A stretch of 64,000 nt of DNA, taken from assembly GCA_027306595.1 (NCBI GenBank), contig DAHUZI010000004.1:19380-83379 (forward strand), read 5' to 3'. The notes under the pieces are model-generated. The model worked only from the letters and a program-made list of their open reading frames with translations, was not told the DNA's origin and did no database searches. Numbering within the stretch: the stretch's first letter is position 1; the number at the start of each line of letters is the position of its first letter. This stretch comes from Candidatus Dormiibacterota bacterium (GTDB lineage Bacteria; Chloroflexota; Dormibacteria; Aeolococcales; Bog-877). The position numbers and the translations under genes are program-made. Positions 39,799 through 50,075 of this stretch are shown piece after piece.

Positions 39799-41463
39799 AT
39801 GATCGCGACCGAGGCCCGCACCGTGGTGGCCCCCCGGGGGACGCAGCGCTCCTGCCTTGGCTGGCCGCAGGAGGCGGCGCTGCGGATGCTGATGAACAAC
39901 CTCGACCCCGAGGTGGCGGAGCATCCGGAGCAGCTGATCGTGTACGGCGGGGGCGGCAAGGCAGCGCGCAGCTGGGCGGCGTTCGACGCGATCGTCGCCA
40001 GCCTGCGGGTTCTCCGCGGAGACCAGACCCTGCTGGTGCAGTCGGGCAAGCCGGTCGGGGTCTTCACCACCCATGAGTGGGCGCCCCGCGTCCTCATCGC
40101 CAATGCCAATCTCGTGCCGGAGTGGGCGACCTGGGAGGAGTTCCGCCGCCTCGACGCCCTGGGGCTGACGATGTTCGGGCAGATGACGGCGGGCTCGTGG
40201 ATCTACATCGGGACCCAGGGGATCCTCCAGGGCACCTACGAGACGTTCGCGGCGGTCGCCCGCAAGCGGTTCGGCGACAGCCTCGCCGGCACCGTCACCC
40301 TCACCGCCGGCCTGGGCGGGATGGGCGGCGCCCAGCCGCTCGCGATCACGATGAACGGCGGGGTCGCCCTGTGCGTCGAGGTCGACCGCTCGCGGATCGA
40401 GCGGCGCCTGGAGACCGGCTATCTCGACGTCGCGGCGGCCAACGTCGACGAGGCGCTCCGGCTCGCCGCCGACGCCCGGCGGGAGCGGCGGGCGGTCTCG
40501 ATCGGGGTGCTGGGCAACGCCGCCGACGTCTTCCCCCACCTGCTGGCGGTCGGCGCGCCGGTGGACGTCGTGACCGACCAGACCTCCGCCCACGATCCCC
40601 TGATGTACGTGCCCCAGGGGGTGGCGGTGGAGGCGATGGAGGCGCTTCGGGGCCGGGACCCCAAGGGGCTGACGGCCCGGGCCCGCGCCTCGATGGCGGT
40701 GCACGTCGAGGCGATGGTGGGCTTCCTTGACCGCGGCGCCGAGGTCTTCGACTACGGCAACTCGATCCGGGCCGAGGCGCGGATCGGGGGCTGCGCCCGG
40801 GCGTTCGACTTCCCGGGGTTCGTCCCCGCCTACATCCGCCCCCTCTTCTGCGAGGGCAAGGGCCCCTTCCGCTGGGTGGCGCTGTCCGGCGACCCGGCCG
40901 ACATCGCCGCCACCGATCGGGCCGTGCTCGAGACCTTCCCCGACAACCCCTCGCTGGCCCGCTGGATCCGCCTGGCGGGCGAGAAGGTCCACTTCCAGGG
41001 GCTACCCGCCCGGATCTGCTGGCTGGGATACGGGGAGCGCGAGCGCATGGGGCTGCGGTTCAACGACATGGTCGCCCGTGGGCAGATCCGAGCCCCGATC
41101 GTGATCGGGCGCGATCACCTGGACGCCGGGTCGGTGGCCTCCCCGTATCGGGAGACGGAGGGGATGCGCGACGGCTCCGACGCCATCGCCGACTGGCCGC
41201 TCCTCAACGCCCTGCTCAACACCGCCTCGGGGGCGGCCTGGGTCTCGATCCACCACGGCGGTGGGGTCGGGATCGGACGGTCGATCCACGCCGGCCAGGT
41301 CACGGTCGCCGACGGCAGCGAGCTGGCCGGGGAGAAGCTCCTGCGCGTGCTCACCAACGACCCCGGCAGCGGGGTGATCCGCCACGCCGACGCCGGGTAC
41401 CCCGAGGCGGAGCGGTTCGCGGCCGCCCACGCGCTCGTCGTCCCGATGGCGCGGCCGGGCTGA
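39799..41463 (+). CDS. hutU: urocanate hydratase HutU
   Basis: Full-length urocanase (554 aa; [30 protein letters not shown]). ATG with GGAGGG RBS. The ORF-track start 39724 is an overextension. Confidence 0.95.
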   Translation: MIATEARTVVAPRGTQRSCLGWPQEAALRMLMNNLDPEVAEHPEQLIVYGGGGKAARSWAAFDAIVASLRVLRGDQTLLVQSGKPVGVFTTHEWAPRVLIANANLVPEWATWEEFRRLDALGLTMFGQMTAGSWIYIGTQGILQGTYETFAAVARKRFGDSLAGTVTLTAGLGGMGGAQPLAITMNGGVALCVEVDRSRIERRLETGYLDVAAANVDEALRLAADARRERRAVSIGVLGNAADVFPHLLAVGAPVDVVTDQTSAHDPLMYVPQGVAVEAMEALRGRDPKGLTARARASMAVHVEAMVGFLDRGAEVFDYGNSIRAEARIGGCARAFDFPGFVPAYIRPLFCEGKGPFRWVALSGDPADIAATDRAVLETFPDNPSLARWIRLAGEKVHFQGLPARICWLGYGERERMGLRFNDMVARGQIRAPIVIGRDHLDAGSVASPYRETEGMRDGSDAIADWPLLNALLNTASGAAWVSIHHGGGVGIGRSIHAGQVTVADGSELAGEKLLRVLTNDPGSGVIRHADAGYPEAERFAAAHALVVPMARPG

Positions 41464-41504
41464 TCCGGCCGGACCGGCGCCCGGCCCCCGGGCGCCGGTC
41501 TCCG

Positions 41505-43323
41505 CTAGAGGAGCGGCCCCTCCAGCTGGGACTCGGCGGCGGCGACGACGGCCCCCGATCGGACCAGCCCCTCCACCCGGCGCAGCTCCGGGGCCACGAA
41601 GCGGTCGGGCCCGACCTCGCCGGATGCCGAGCGGACCAGCGCCGCGGCGGCGCCCGTGGGGAGCGCCGGCACCAGAGGTCGCCTGAACGCCTGGGCGCGG
41701 GACCCGGCGACCAGCTCGATCGCGAGGATCCGGCCAAGGTTCGTCACCACCCGCCGGAGCTTGCGGGCCGCGGCCCAGCCCATCGACACGTGATCCTCCT
41801 GCATCCCCGAGGTGGGGAGGGAGTCGACGCTGGCCGGCTGGGCCAGCCGGCGGTTCTCCGCCACCAGGGCGGCGGCCGTGTACTGGGCGAGCATGAGGCC
41901 GGAGTTCACCCCCGGATCCTCGGCCAGGAAGGGGGGCAGCCCGTGGGAGCGCTGCGGGTCCAGCAGCCGGTCGATCCGGCGCTCGGCGATCGCCCCGACC
42001 TCGGCGAGGGCGATGGCCAGGAAGTCGCAGGCGAAGGCGAGCGGCTCCCCGTGAAAGTTGCCGGTCGACTCGACCCGCCCGTCCGGGAGCACGACCGGGT
42101 TGTCAACGGCCGCCGCCAGCTCGTCATCGGCGACCCGGCGAGCGAAGGCGAGGGTGTCCCGGGCCGCGCCCAGCACCTGGGGCGTGCACCGCAGCGAGTA
42201 CGAGTCCTGGACGGCGTGGCCGGTGTCGCGGTGGGCGGCGAGCGTGGGCGACCCCCGCAGGAGCCGGACGAGATTGGCGGCCGTCTCCCGCTGGCCGGGC
42301 TGGGGGCGGAGCCGCTGGAGGTCGTCGGCGAACGGCCGGTCGGTGCCGAGGAGCGCCTCGACGCTGATGGCCGCGGCCACGTCGGCCGCGCGCAGGAGGC
42401 GGCCGGCGTCCAGGGTCGCGAGCACGAGCATGCCCAGCATCCCGTCGGTCCCGTTGATGAGGGCGAGCCCCTCCTTGACGTCCAGGTGGATCGGCTGGAG
42501 CCCCGCGGCCGCCAGCGCCGGCCCCGCCCCCGCCGGCTCGCCGGCGGGGGTGACCACCTCCCCCTCGCCGGTGAGGGCCAGGGCGATGTGGGCGAGCGGG
42601 GCGAGGTCGCCGCTGGCGCCGAGCGAGCCGTGCTCGGGGACGTACGGGGTGATGCCGCCGTTGAGGGCATCGCAGAGGGCGCCGACTAGGGCCGGCCGGA
42701 CGCCCGAGTAGCCCATGGCCAGGGTCCGGGCCCGCAGGAGCATCGTGGCCCGGACCACCTCGCGGGCGACCGGCCGGCCGAGCCCGGCGGCGTGGGACCG
42801 GATCAGGGCCCGCTGGAGGTCCACCTGGCGCTCGCCGACGACGCGGGTCGAGGCGAGGGCGCCGAATCCGGTGGAGATCCCGTAGACCGGCGCCGACGCC
42901 CGCCCCGCCGCCTCGACCGCGGCGCGGCCGCGGGCGATCAGCCGCTCCGCCTCGGGCGCGACGGCGACCGGGTGATCGTCGCGCGCCACCCGCTCGACGT
43001 CCTCGGGGCGGAGCGGGCCCCCGGCCAGCAGGACCGGCCCCGGCGGCGCCGACGGAGCCGCGCCGCCGGTCGCCGGCGGGGCGGGGCGGTAGCGGGAGCC
43101 GACCTCGAGCGCCCGCGGGCCCACCGTGTATCCGCGGCGGGCGTCGCCCTCAAGGAACCCGGCGCCGTGGAGGGCCCGCAGGAGGCTGTGGGCGCTGCTC
43201 TTGGGGAGGTCCAACCGCCTAGCCAGCGCCGAGAGGGTGAGGGGGGAAGGATCGGCTGCGACGGCGGCGAGGAGCTCCATCGCCCGCCGCACGGAGTGGT
43301 TGCCGGCCGCGTCGGTCATGCCC
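41505..43323 (-). CDS. hutH: histidine ammonia-lyase HutH with an in-frame N-terminal IclR-type HTH domain
   Basis: Residues about 1-75 read SVRRAMELLAAVAADPSPLTLSALARRLDLPKSSAHSLLRALHGAGFLEGDARRGYTVGPRALEVG (IclR HTH). After a Pro/Ala linker comes a complete HAL (GISTGFGALAS, MIO triad GASGDL). There is no start codon at the HAL N-terminus. Start taken at MTDAAG; the ORF track extends to 43517. Confidence 0.8.
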
Positions 43324-43359
43324 GTCCTTCCTGCCCGGATGCCGCCCGGCGGGCGGGGA

Positions 43360-43857
43360 TCACCCCGGGCGCGGGTGCCACCGGACGACGCACTCGGCAA
43401 TGCAGGCGGGCTTCGCCTGCCCGGCGACCGCGACCCGGCACTCGAGCACGACCTGGAAGCCCCCCGGCCCCGCCGGCTCCGCTGCCAGCGCCGTCGCCAC
43501 CAGCCGGGTGGCGGCACCGACCGGGATCGGAGCGGGGAAGCGGACCCGGTTGAGGCCGTAGTTGACGGTGAGCCCCGGCTCGGGGAAGGCGACGAGCTCG
43601 CGGAGCATCGTCGGGATCAGCGCCAGCGTCAGGTACCCGTGGGCGATCGGCGCGCCGAACGGGCCGCGCCGGGCGCGGACCGGGTCGACGTGGATCCACT
43701 GACGATCTCCGGTGATCTCGGCGAAGCGGTCCACCGTCTGCTGCTCCACCCGTCGCCACGGACTGGGGCCGATCGGCTCGCCGAGGCGCGCCCGCCAGGC
43801 GGCCAGGTCCAGCATCGGCCGGCCGGCCGCCGGGCCCGGGCGGGCGGCATCGCTCAC
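43360..43857 (-). CDS. MaoC-like (R)-hydratase / hotdog-fold protein
   Basis: FAEITGDRQWIHVDPVRA motif. Confidence 0.7.
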   Translation of the reverse strand: MSDAARPGPAAGRPMLDLAAWRARLGEPIGPSPWRRVEQQTVDRFAEITGDRQWIHVDPVRARRGPFGAPIAHGYLTLALIPTMLRELVAFPEPGLTVNYGLNRVRFPAPIPVGAATRLVATALAAEPAGPGGFQVVLECRVAVAGQAKPACIAECVVRWHPRPG

Positions 43858-43935
43858 CTGGAACCGGTGCGCCTGTCCGGTCGCGGGCGCGTCCAGCGCA
43901 TGCGGCCATGCTAGCGCCGCCCCGCGCGGGGGCGG

Positions 43936-44565
43936 TCAGGCGCCCCGCCGGATCCATTCGTCGAGGTCGGGCGCCTCGTCGCCGATCGTCGTGGGGTCCC
44001 CGTGGCCGGTGCGGACACCGGTCGCGGCCGGCAGCGTCAGCAGCCGGTCGGCGATCGACCGGATGATCGTCCCGAAGTCGGAGTACCGGCGCCCGGTGGC
44101 ACCGGGACCGCCGCGGAAGAGGGTGTCGCCGCTGAAGAGCAGACCGCCCTCGGGCCAGTGGAGGCACACCGAGCCGGGGGTGTGCCCGGGGGTGTGCAGC
44201 ACCTGGAGGCGGGTGCCCGCGACCGTGAGCACCTCGCCGTCGACCAGGCCGCGGTCGGGGGGCGCGTCGGGATGGACCGTGTCCCACAGCATGCGGTCGG
44301 CGGCGTGGAGCGCGACCGGCGCGTCGACGGCCGCGCCCAGCTCGCGGGCGGCGTTCACGTGGTCGTTGTGCCCGTGGGTGCACACGATGGCGACCACCCG
44401 GCGCCCGCCCACCGCCTCCAGGATCGGCCCGGTCGCATGCGGGGCATCGATGACGAGGGCCTCACGCGCGTCGCCCACGACCCAGACGTTGTTCTCGACC
44501 TCGATGCCCGCTCCGTCGAGGGCGAAGACGCCGCGGGTCACGGCCCGCGTCACCGCGACCGTCAC
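43936..44565 (-). CDS. MBL-fold metallo-hydrolase (hydroxyacylglutathione hydrolase-like)
   Basis: THGHNDH metal-binding motif. GTG start chosen; the ORF-track N-terminus overlaps the upstream gene. Confidence 0.7.
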   Translation of the reverse strand: MTVAVTRAVTRGVFALDGAGIEVENNVWVVGDAREALVIDAPHATGPILEAVGGRRVVAIVCTHGHNDHVNAARELGAAVDAPVALHAADRMLWDTVHPDAPPDRGLVDGEVLTVAGTRLQVLHTPGHTPGSVCLHWPEGGLLFSGDTLFRGGPGATGRRYSDFGTIIRSIADRLLTLPAATGVRTGHGDPTTIGDEAPDLDEWIRRGA

Positions 44566-44572
44566 CCCGGGC

Positions 44573-45658
44573 TCACAGGACGACAACCGAGCGGAGCACC
44601 TCGCCGCGCTCCATCCGGGCGAAGGCGGTCTCCACGTCGTCGAGACCGATCGTCTCGCTGACGAAGGCGTCGAGGTCGAGCCGACCCCGCCGGTACAGGT
44701 CGATGAGGATGGGGAAGTCACGGCTCGGCAGGCAGTCGCCGTACCAGGACGACTTGAGGGCCCCGCCGCGGCCGAAGACCTCGGCGAGCGGCAGCTCGAC
44801 CTGGGCGGTTGGGTTGGGCACCCCCACCAGCACGAGGGTGCCGGCGTGGTCGCGGGAGAAGAAGGCCTGTCGGTAGGTGGCCGGCGTGCCGACGGCCTCG
44901 ACCACGAGATCGGCCCCGTGTCCGTCGGTGAGGGCGCGGATCGCCGCCACCGGGTCGGTCGTGCTCGCGTCGACGGTGTCCGTGGCGCCCAGGCGCCGGG
45001 CCCACTCCAGCTTGCGCGGGTCGATGTCGACCCCGATCACGCGGCGGGCGCCCACGAAGGCGGCGCCCGCGATGGCGGCGTTCCCGACCCCCCCGCAGCC
45101 GTACACCGCCACCGTGTCGCCCCGGGCGGCGCCGCCGGTGTGGACCGCCGCCCCGAACCCGGCCATGATCCCGCAGCCGATGAGGCCGGCCGCCTCCGGG
45201 CGCGCCGCCGGGTCGATCCGGACCGCCTGGCCGGCCGCCACCAGGGTGAGCTCGCTGAAGGCGCCGATCCCGAGCGCGGCGGCAAGCGGGGTGCCGTCGC
45301 CGAGCGTCATCCGCTGGGTGGCGTTGCGGCTGGCGAAGCAGTACCAGGGGCGCCCCCGCCGACAGGAGCGGCAGCTCCCGCAGGGATCACGCCAGGCGAT
45401 CACGACCGCGTCGCCGGATTGGAGGTCGGTGACGTTCGGCCCCACCGCCGCCACGGTCCCGGCGGCCTCGTGGCCAAGCAGGAAGGGGTAGCCGTCGTTG
45501 ATCGCCCCCTCGCGATAGTGGAGGTCGGTGTGGCAGACCCCGCAGGCCCGCACCCGCACCAGCACCTCACCGGGGCCGGGGTCGGGGACCAGGATCGACT
45601 CGACCGTGACCGGCGCGCCCTTGCTGCGCGCCACGACGCCGCGAACGCTGTGTGCCAT
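44573..45658 (-). CDS. zinc-dependent class III alcohol dehydrogenase (S-(hydroxymethyl)mycothiol / glutathione-dependent formaldehyde dehydrogenase type)
   Basis: [16 protein letters not shown] structural zinc site, GCGGVG cofactor motif. Confidence 0.8.
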   Translation of the reverse strand: MAHSVRGVVARSKGAPVTVESILVPDPGPGEVLVRVRACGVCHTDLHYREGAINDGYPFLLGHEAAGTVAAVGPNVTDLQSGDAVVIAWRDPCGSCRSCRRGRPWYCFASRNATQRMTLGDGTPLAAALGIGAFSELTLVAAGQAVRIDPAARPEAAGLIGCGIMAGFGAAVHTGGAARGDTVAVYGCGGVGNAAIAGAAFVGARRVIGVDIDPRKLEWARRLGATDTVDASTTDPVAAIRALTDGHGADLVVEAVGTPATYRQAFFSRDHAGTLVLVGVPNPTAQVELPLAEVFGRGGALKSSWYGDCLPSRDFPILIDLYRRGRLDLDAFVSETIGLDDVETAFARMERGEVLRSVVVL

Positions 45659-45756
45659 CGCCCTCCCGCCTGCCACACCCGCTCCATCGAACGACGCCCG
45701 GGATTATCCCCAGCGGCGGTCGCCCGGCGCTCGGCCCCGCGGACCCGCCGGCCGCC

Positions 45757-46968
45757 TCAGACGACGACGTACGGGACCAGCAGCTCCTCGAGGGTGAGCG
45801 ATCCGTGGTGCCCGACCAGGCGGGCCAAGGGGCCGTCGACGGTGCGCTGCACGACTCCGACGGGGGCGCAGGCGGCGGCGACGACGTCGCCGATCCGGGG
45901 GCGCACCCGATCGGCAACCCGGGGCCCGAACCAGCCGGCCTCGATCGCCTCGTCCCGGGAGACCACCCACATCACGTCGCCGAGACGCTCGCGCCAGGCC
46001 GCGAGGACCTCCGCCTCGGCGCCGGGCGTGACGTGGACGTGGCGGGCGCGGGGCTCGCCGGCGAGCAGCCGCACCCCAAGCCGGAGCGCCGGCTCGTCGT
46101 CCAGATCGATCTTCCCCGTCTCGGGCAGGTCCAGCATCCCGTGGTCGCCGGTCACCACCAGGTGGCAGCCCTGGGGCAGGCGCGCGGCCAGCGCCTCGAC
46201 GGCCCGGTCCACCAGCTGGAGATGGAGGCGCCAGGCATCCGAGCCGACCCCCCGGACGTGGCCGACGCCGTCCAGCTCGGGGTGGTAGGCGTACACGAGG
46301 CGGGGCCCGGGGCCGGCCACCGCACGGGCCGCCTCCATGACGACGTCGGCCAGGCCACCCGCCGCCGACCAGCGGCCACCCCGGAGCACGGCCCGCGTGA
46401 GCCCGGAGTGGGCGAACGTCCCGGTGCCGATCAGGTCGATCTCCACCCCGGCCCTCGAGGCGCGCTCGAAGGTGGTCGGCTCCGGCTGGAGCACCTCCGG
46501 CGGGATCCGATCCCGCAGGTCGGCCCCGCCCCCCCGCCCGTACGACTCCCAGCGCAGGACGTTGAGCGCCCGATCCTGTCCAGGGATGTGGATGGTGTAG
46601 CCGGGGAGCCCGTGCTCGCCCGGCGGAAGGCCGGTGCCGATCGAGCCGAGGCTGGCGGCCGTCGTCGACGGGAACCCGCAGGTGAGGGGCTCGCGGCGGT
46701 GAGCGGCGAGGAACGGGGCGTCCGCGGCGTGGCGGTCGAGGAGGCGCGCGCCCAGTCCGTCGATGACCAGGAGCAGCACCCGCCGCGTCGGCTCCAGTGC
46801 GATCGGACCCCGAAGGCCCGGCGCTCCCATGGCGCCGAGGAGGGAGGCGACGAGCTCCGCCAGCGACCGCTCCCCGTACCGGGGCAGGCTGGGCGGCGGG
46901 CACCCGGACCCGGCCGTGCCGCTCCCCCACCCTGCCGCCCGCTCCCGGCCGCGGTCGATCAGGTCCAC
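45757..46968 (-). CDS. alkaline phosphatase-family protein (nucleotide pyrophosphatase/phosphodiesterase-like)
   Basis: LLLVIDGLG and GDHGM motifs. Confidence 0.7.
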   Translation of the reverse strand: MDLIDRGRERAAGWGSGTAGSGCPPPSLPRYGERSLAELVASLLGAMGAPGLRGPIALEPTRRVLLLVIDGLGARLLDRHAADAPFLAAHRREPLTCGFPSTTAASLGSIGTGLPPGEHGLPGYTIHIPGQDRALNVLRWESYGRGGGADLRDRIPPEVLQPEPTTFERASRAGVEIDLIGTGTFAHSGLTRAVLRGGRWSAAGGLADVVMEAARAVAGPGPRLVYAYHPELDGVGHVRGVGSDAWRLHLQLVDRAVEALAARLPQGCHLVVTGDHGMLDLPETGKIDLDDEPALRLGVRLLAGEPRARHVHVTPGAEAEVLAAWRERLGDVMWVVSRDEAIEAGWFGPRVADRVRPRIGDVVAAACAPVGVVQRTVDGPLARLVGHHGSLTLEELLVPYVVV

Positions 46969-47026
46969 GGTCTCCTCCCGGTCAGGTCCCGCGTGACCCT
47001 AGCATGGCCGCCGGCCGACGACCGGC

Positions 47027-48526
47027 TCACCCCCGGACGCGTCGGCGGAGCGCCGCCTCGGCGGCCGCCCGTTCGCTCCAGGGCCGCGGCGCCCGGCCCA
47101 CGAGGATGCTCGCCTCGTGCCCCTTGCCGGCGAGGAGGACGGTGTCCCCGGGAAGGGCGGCCGCGATGGCGAAGTCGACCGCCTCGGCCCGGTCGACGAT
47201 GACGTGCACCGTCGCCCCTGGCTCGCCGCCGGCCGCCTCGGCGCCCGCCGCGATCGCCTCGCAGATCGCACCGGGGTCCTCGCCGCGGGGGTCCTCGCTC
47301 GTCACCACCACTTGGTCGGCGAGCCCGGCGGCGATCGCGCCCATGGCCGCACGCTTGGCGACGTCGCGCTCGCCGGCGCTCCCGAAGACGACGAACAGGC
47401 GACCGGGGGTCGTCGTCCGCAGGGCGCCCAGCACCTTGGCCAGCGCATCGGGGGTGTGGGCGTAGTCGACGACGACCGCGAACGGCTGGCCGAGGTCGAC
47501 CCGCTCCATCCGGCCGCTGACGTGGGCGAGGGCTGACAGCCCCTGGGCCAGGCCCGCCAGCGGGGCATCCAGCAGCAGGCCGGCCGCGAGGGCGGCGAGG
47601 GCGTTGCCCACGTTCCACGACCCGGGCAGATGGATCGCGACATCGGATCGGCCGGCCGGGGTCTCGGCGGTGAAGCGCAGGCCGTCGGCGGTCGCCCGGA
47701 TCTCCTGGGCGCGCAGGTCGGCCCCGGGGGCGCCGTCGGCGCTGTACGCGAGCCGGCGCGGGATCGGCCGGGCGGCGAGCCGGCCGTAGGCGCGGGCGTC
47801 GTCGTAGTTCAGGACCGCGAACCCGTCCGGTGTGGCGGCCGCCCGCTCCAGCAGCGAGGCCTTGGCGTCGAAGTAGGCCTCCCAGGTGCCGTGGAAATCG
47901 AGGTGCTCGTGGCTCACGGTCGTGAAGACCGCGCCGGCGAACCGGACCTCCTCGACCCGGTGGAGGGCGAGGGCGTGCGAGGTCACCTCCAGGGCGACCT
48001 CGGTGCAGCCCGCATCCACCATCCCCCGCAGGCGCTCCTGGATGTCCGGGGCCTCCAGGGTCGTCTGCCGGGTGCGGTTGGGCTCGATCCGCCCGTCCAC
48101 GCGGAAGTCAACGGTCGTGAGGGCGCCGGCCCGCCGCCCGGCACCCGCGAGGGCGGCGTGGAGCAGGGTCGCCGTCGTCGTCTTGCCGTCGGTCCCGGTG
48201 ACGCCCACGACCCGGCAGGCGCGCGAGGGGTGCCCCCAGTGGGCGGCCGCCAATCGGGCCAGCGCGACCCGGGTGTCGGCGGCGACCAGCAAGCGGCCGG
48301 GCGGGACCCCGTGCGGCGGCCGCTCGACCACGGCCGCGACCGCACCGGCGGCGAGCGCGGCCAGGGCGTGCTCGTGCCCGTCGGTGTGGTGGCCGCGGAT
48401 GGCGACGAAGAGGCTGCCCGGCCCAGCCCGCCGCGAGTCGAACACGACCGAGGCGACCGCCACCCGAGCCAGACCGACCGGTGGGGCGGGGAGGCCCGCC
48501 TCGCGCGCCAAGCTCTCGAGGTCCAC
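47027..48526 (-). CDS. Mur ligase, MurE-like (UDP-MurNAc-tripeptide synthetase family)
   Basis: VGVTGTDGKTTT P-loop, DYAHTPDAL, and a C-terminal LAGKGHE. Confidence 0.75.
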   Translation of the reverse strand: MDLESLAREAGLPAPPVGLARVAVASVVFDSRRAGPGSLFVAIRGHHTDGHEHALAALAAGAVAAVVERPPHGVPPGRLLVAADTRVALARLAAAHWGHPSRACRVVGVTGTDGKTTTATLLHAALAGAGRRAGALTTVDFRVDGRIEPNRTRQTTLEAPDIQERLRGMVDAGCTEVALEVTSHALALHRVEEVRFAGAVFTTVSHEHLDFHGTWEAYFDAKASLLERAAATPDGFAVLNYDDARAYGRLAARPIPRRLAYSADGAPGADLRAQEIRATADGLRFTAETPAGRSDVAIHLPGSWNVGNALAALAAGLLLDAPLAGLAQGLSALAHVSGRMERVDLGQPFAVVVDYAHTPDALAKVLGALRTTTPGRLFVVFGSAGERDVAKRAAMGAIAAGLADQVVVTSEDPRGEDPGAICEAIAAGAEAAGGEPGATVHVIVDRAEAVDFAIAAALPGDTVLLAGKGHEASILVGRAPRPWSERAAAEAALRRRVRG

Positions 48527-48652
48527 GGCCCGAGACTACCGGCGGGCGGGCCTCGCGGGCTCCACCGCCTGCGGCCGCGGCCTGCGCCCAGGCCCCGACC
48601 CTATCATCCCGTCCGGGTCGGGGCCTGAGCCGGCCGCCGGGGGAGAAGCCGC

Positions 48653-49915
48653 ATGGCAACCGTCGATCTCGGCCCGCTGGTCGATCGGCTGCGGACCGAG
48701 GTCCGCCGGCGGGCGGCGGCCCGCCATCAGGGCTATCGCCTCGGGATCGTGGTCGAGGAGGGGAACGCCTCCGGAGCGTCCTTCGCGCGCTCGCTCGCCC
48801 GCGAGGCGGCCGCCGCCGGGGTCGTGGTCGACCAGACCGAGGTCTGCGGAGACGACCCCCAGGCGATCCTCCTGGCCCTGGACCGGCTGGTGGTCGATCC
48901 CCGCGTCGACGGGATCGTCGTCATGCAGCCCCTCAGTGGCCTGCCCCCCGCGGTCGTCGCGGCCCACCTGCCCGCGAGCAAGGACGTGGAGGCGATCACC
49001 CCGACCGCGCGGGCGCTGGCCGCGGACGGTCTCCACCGCGGTACGCCGGTCGCCGAGGCCTGCATTGAGACCCTGTCGGCGCTCGGCGTGGACCTTGCCC
49101 GGGCCCGAATCCTCGTGGTCGGGCACGGGCCGTCCGGCGGACGCCCGATCGCCCAGCGGCTGCTCGCCGCCGGCGCGCAGGTGTCCATCGTCCAGCGGGA
49201 GATCGCCGCGGTCTCGCCGCTTCCACCCTACGACGTCCTCGTCTCCGCGGTCGGCCGGGCGGACGTGATCCCCACGGAGGCTGTGGCGCCCGGCTCGGTC
49301 GTCCTCGATGTCGGGACCTCATTCGTGGGGGGCCGGCTGGTCGGGGACGTCGGTGCGGCGGCGGCCGCCCGTGCCCGGCTGGCCACGCCCGTGCCCGGCG
49401 GGATCGGGCGGGTGACCGCCGTCTGCGCCCTCCTCGCCCTAACGGAGCTGCGCCGCCACCCGCCGGGGCCGGTGGCCTCGTGGTCGCTCCTGGAGACGGC
49501 GGCCCGGATCGCCTCGCCCGCCGACCCGGCTGGTGGGGCGGCGCTGGGAGCCATGACCGGGGCGCTCTCGGCGGCCCTAGACGGGCTCTGCCGGATGCAC
49601 GAGCCGCCGGAGGCGATCGCGGACTCCGGTGCCCTGGCCGTCCGGCTTCTCCTCGCCGCCGACCGCGACCGGGCCGCCTTCGCCGCGTACCGCCGCGCGA
49701 GCCGATTGCAGCAGGGGGCCGAGCAGGCGCGGGCCGAGGCCGCGCGGACCCCGGCCGAGATCGCCGACCTGCTGGCTGAGGTAGTCCGCCGCCTGAGCCA
49801 GCTCACGACCACCGACGCCCTCGATGTGGACCGGGTGCTGGGGCTGCGGTTGGCCGAGGCCGCTCGCGACGCGGTGCGCCAGCTCCCGTTGGACGTGGCC
49901 AGTCCGACCGGTTGA
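48653..49915 (+). CDS. FolD-like methylene-THF dehydrogenase/cyclohydrolase fused to a C-terminal formimino/methenyl-THF cyclodeaminase (FTCD_C) domain
   Basis: FolD-like TPVPGGIGRVT in the N-terminal 290 aa. C-terminal PAGGAALGAMTGALSAALDGLCRM resembles the cyclodeaminase domain. Confidence 0.65.
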   Translation: MATVDLGPLVDRLRTEVRRRAAARHQGYRLGIVVEEGNASGASFARSLAREAAAAGVVVDQTEVCGDDPQAILLALDRLVVDPRVDGIVVMQPLSGLPPAVVAAHLPASKDVEAITPTARALAADGLHRGTPVAEACIETLSALGVDLARARILVVGHGPSGGRPIAQRLLAAGAQVSIVQREIAAVSPLPPYDVLVSAVGRADVIPTEAVAPGSVVLDVGTSFVGGRLVGDVGAAAAARARLATPVPGGIGRVTAVCALLALTELRRHPPGPVASWSLLETAARIASPADPAGGAALGAMTGALSAALDGLCRMHEPPEAIADSGALAVRLLLAADRDRAAFAAYRRASRLQQGAEQARAEAARTPAEIADLLAEVVRRLSQLTTTDALDVDRVLGLRLAEAARDAVRQLPLDVASPTG

Positions 49916-50075
49916 GCTGTCGAATGGGCCGATTGGCCTCAGAATGCGGGCCCTACCGTTTGCGAGAGGGCTCACCATCAGCTAGGATTGGGCCGAAGGC
50001 CGCAGGGCGCCCACCCGCCCGCCCCTGACGCCCACCGGTGCGTGTGACCGGGTTCGCCCACGTGAGTGCCTGCCG

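Noticed and set aside
42990-43110. Independent internal start for hutH downstream of the HTH domain
   Set aside because: No in-frame ATG/GTG/TTG between the linker and the conserved HAL N-terminus. Only CTG codons are available.
49916-50075. Possible SAM or other riboswitch upstream of cysH
   Set aside because: The leader is GC-depressed and repeat-containing. I could not align it to any riboswitch consensus I can recall, so I kept it only as a generic regulatory candidate.
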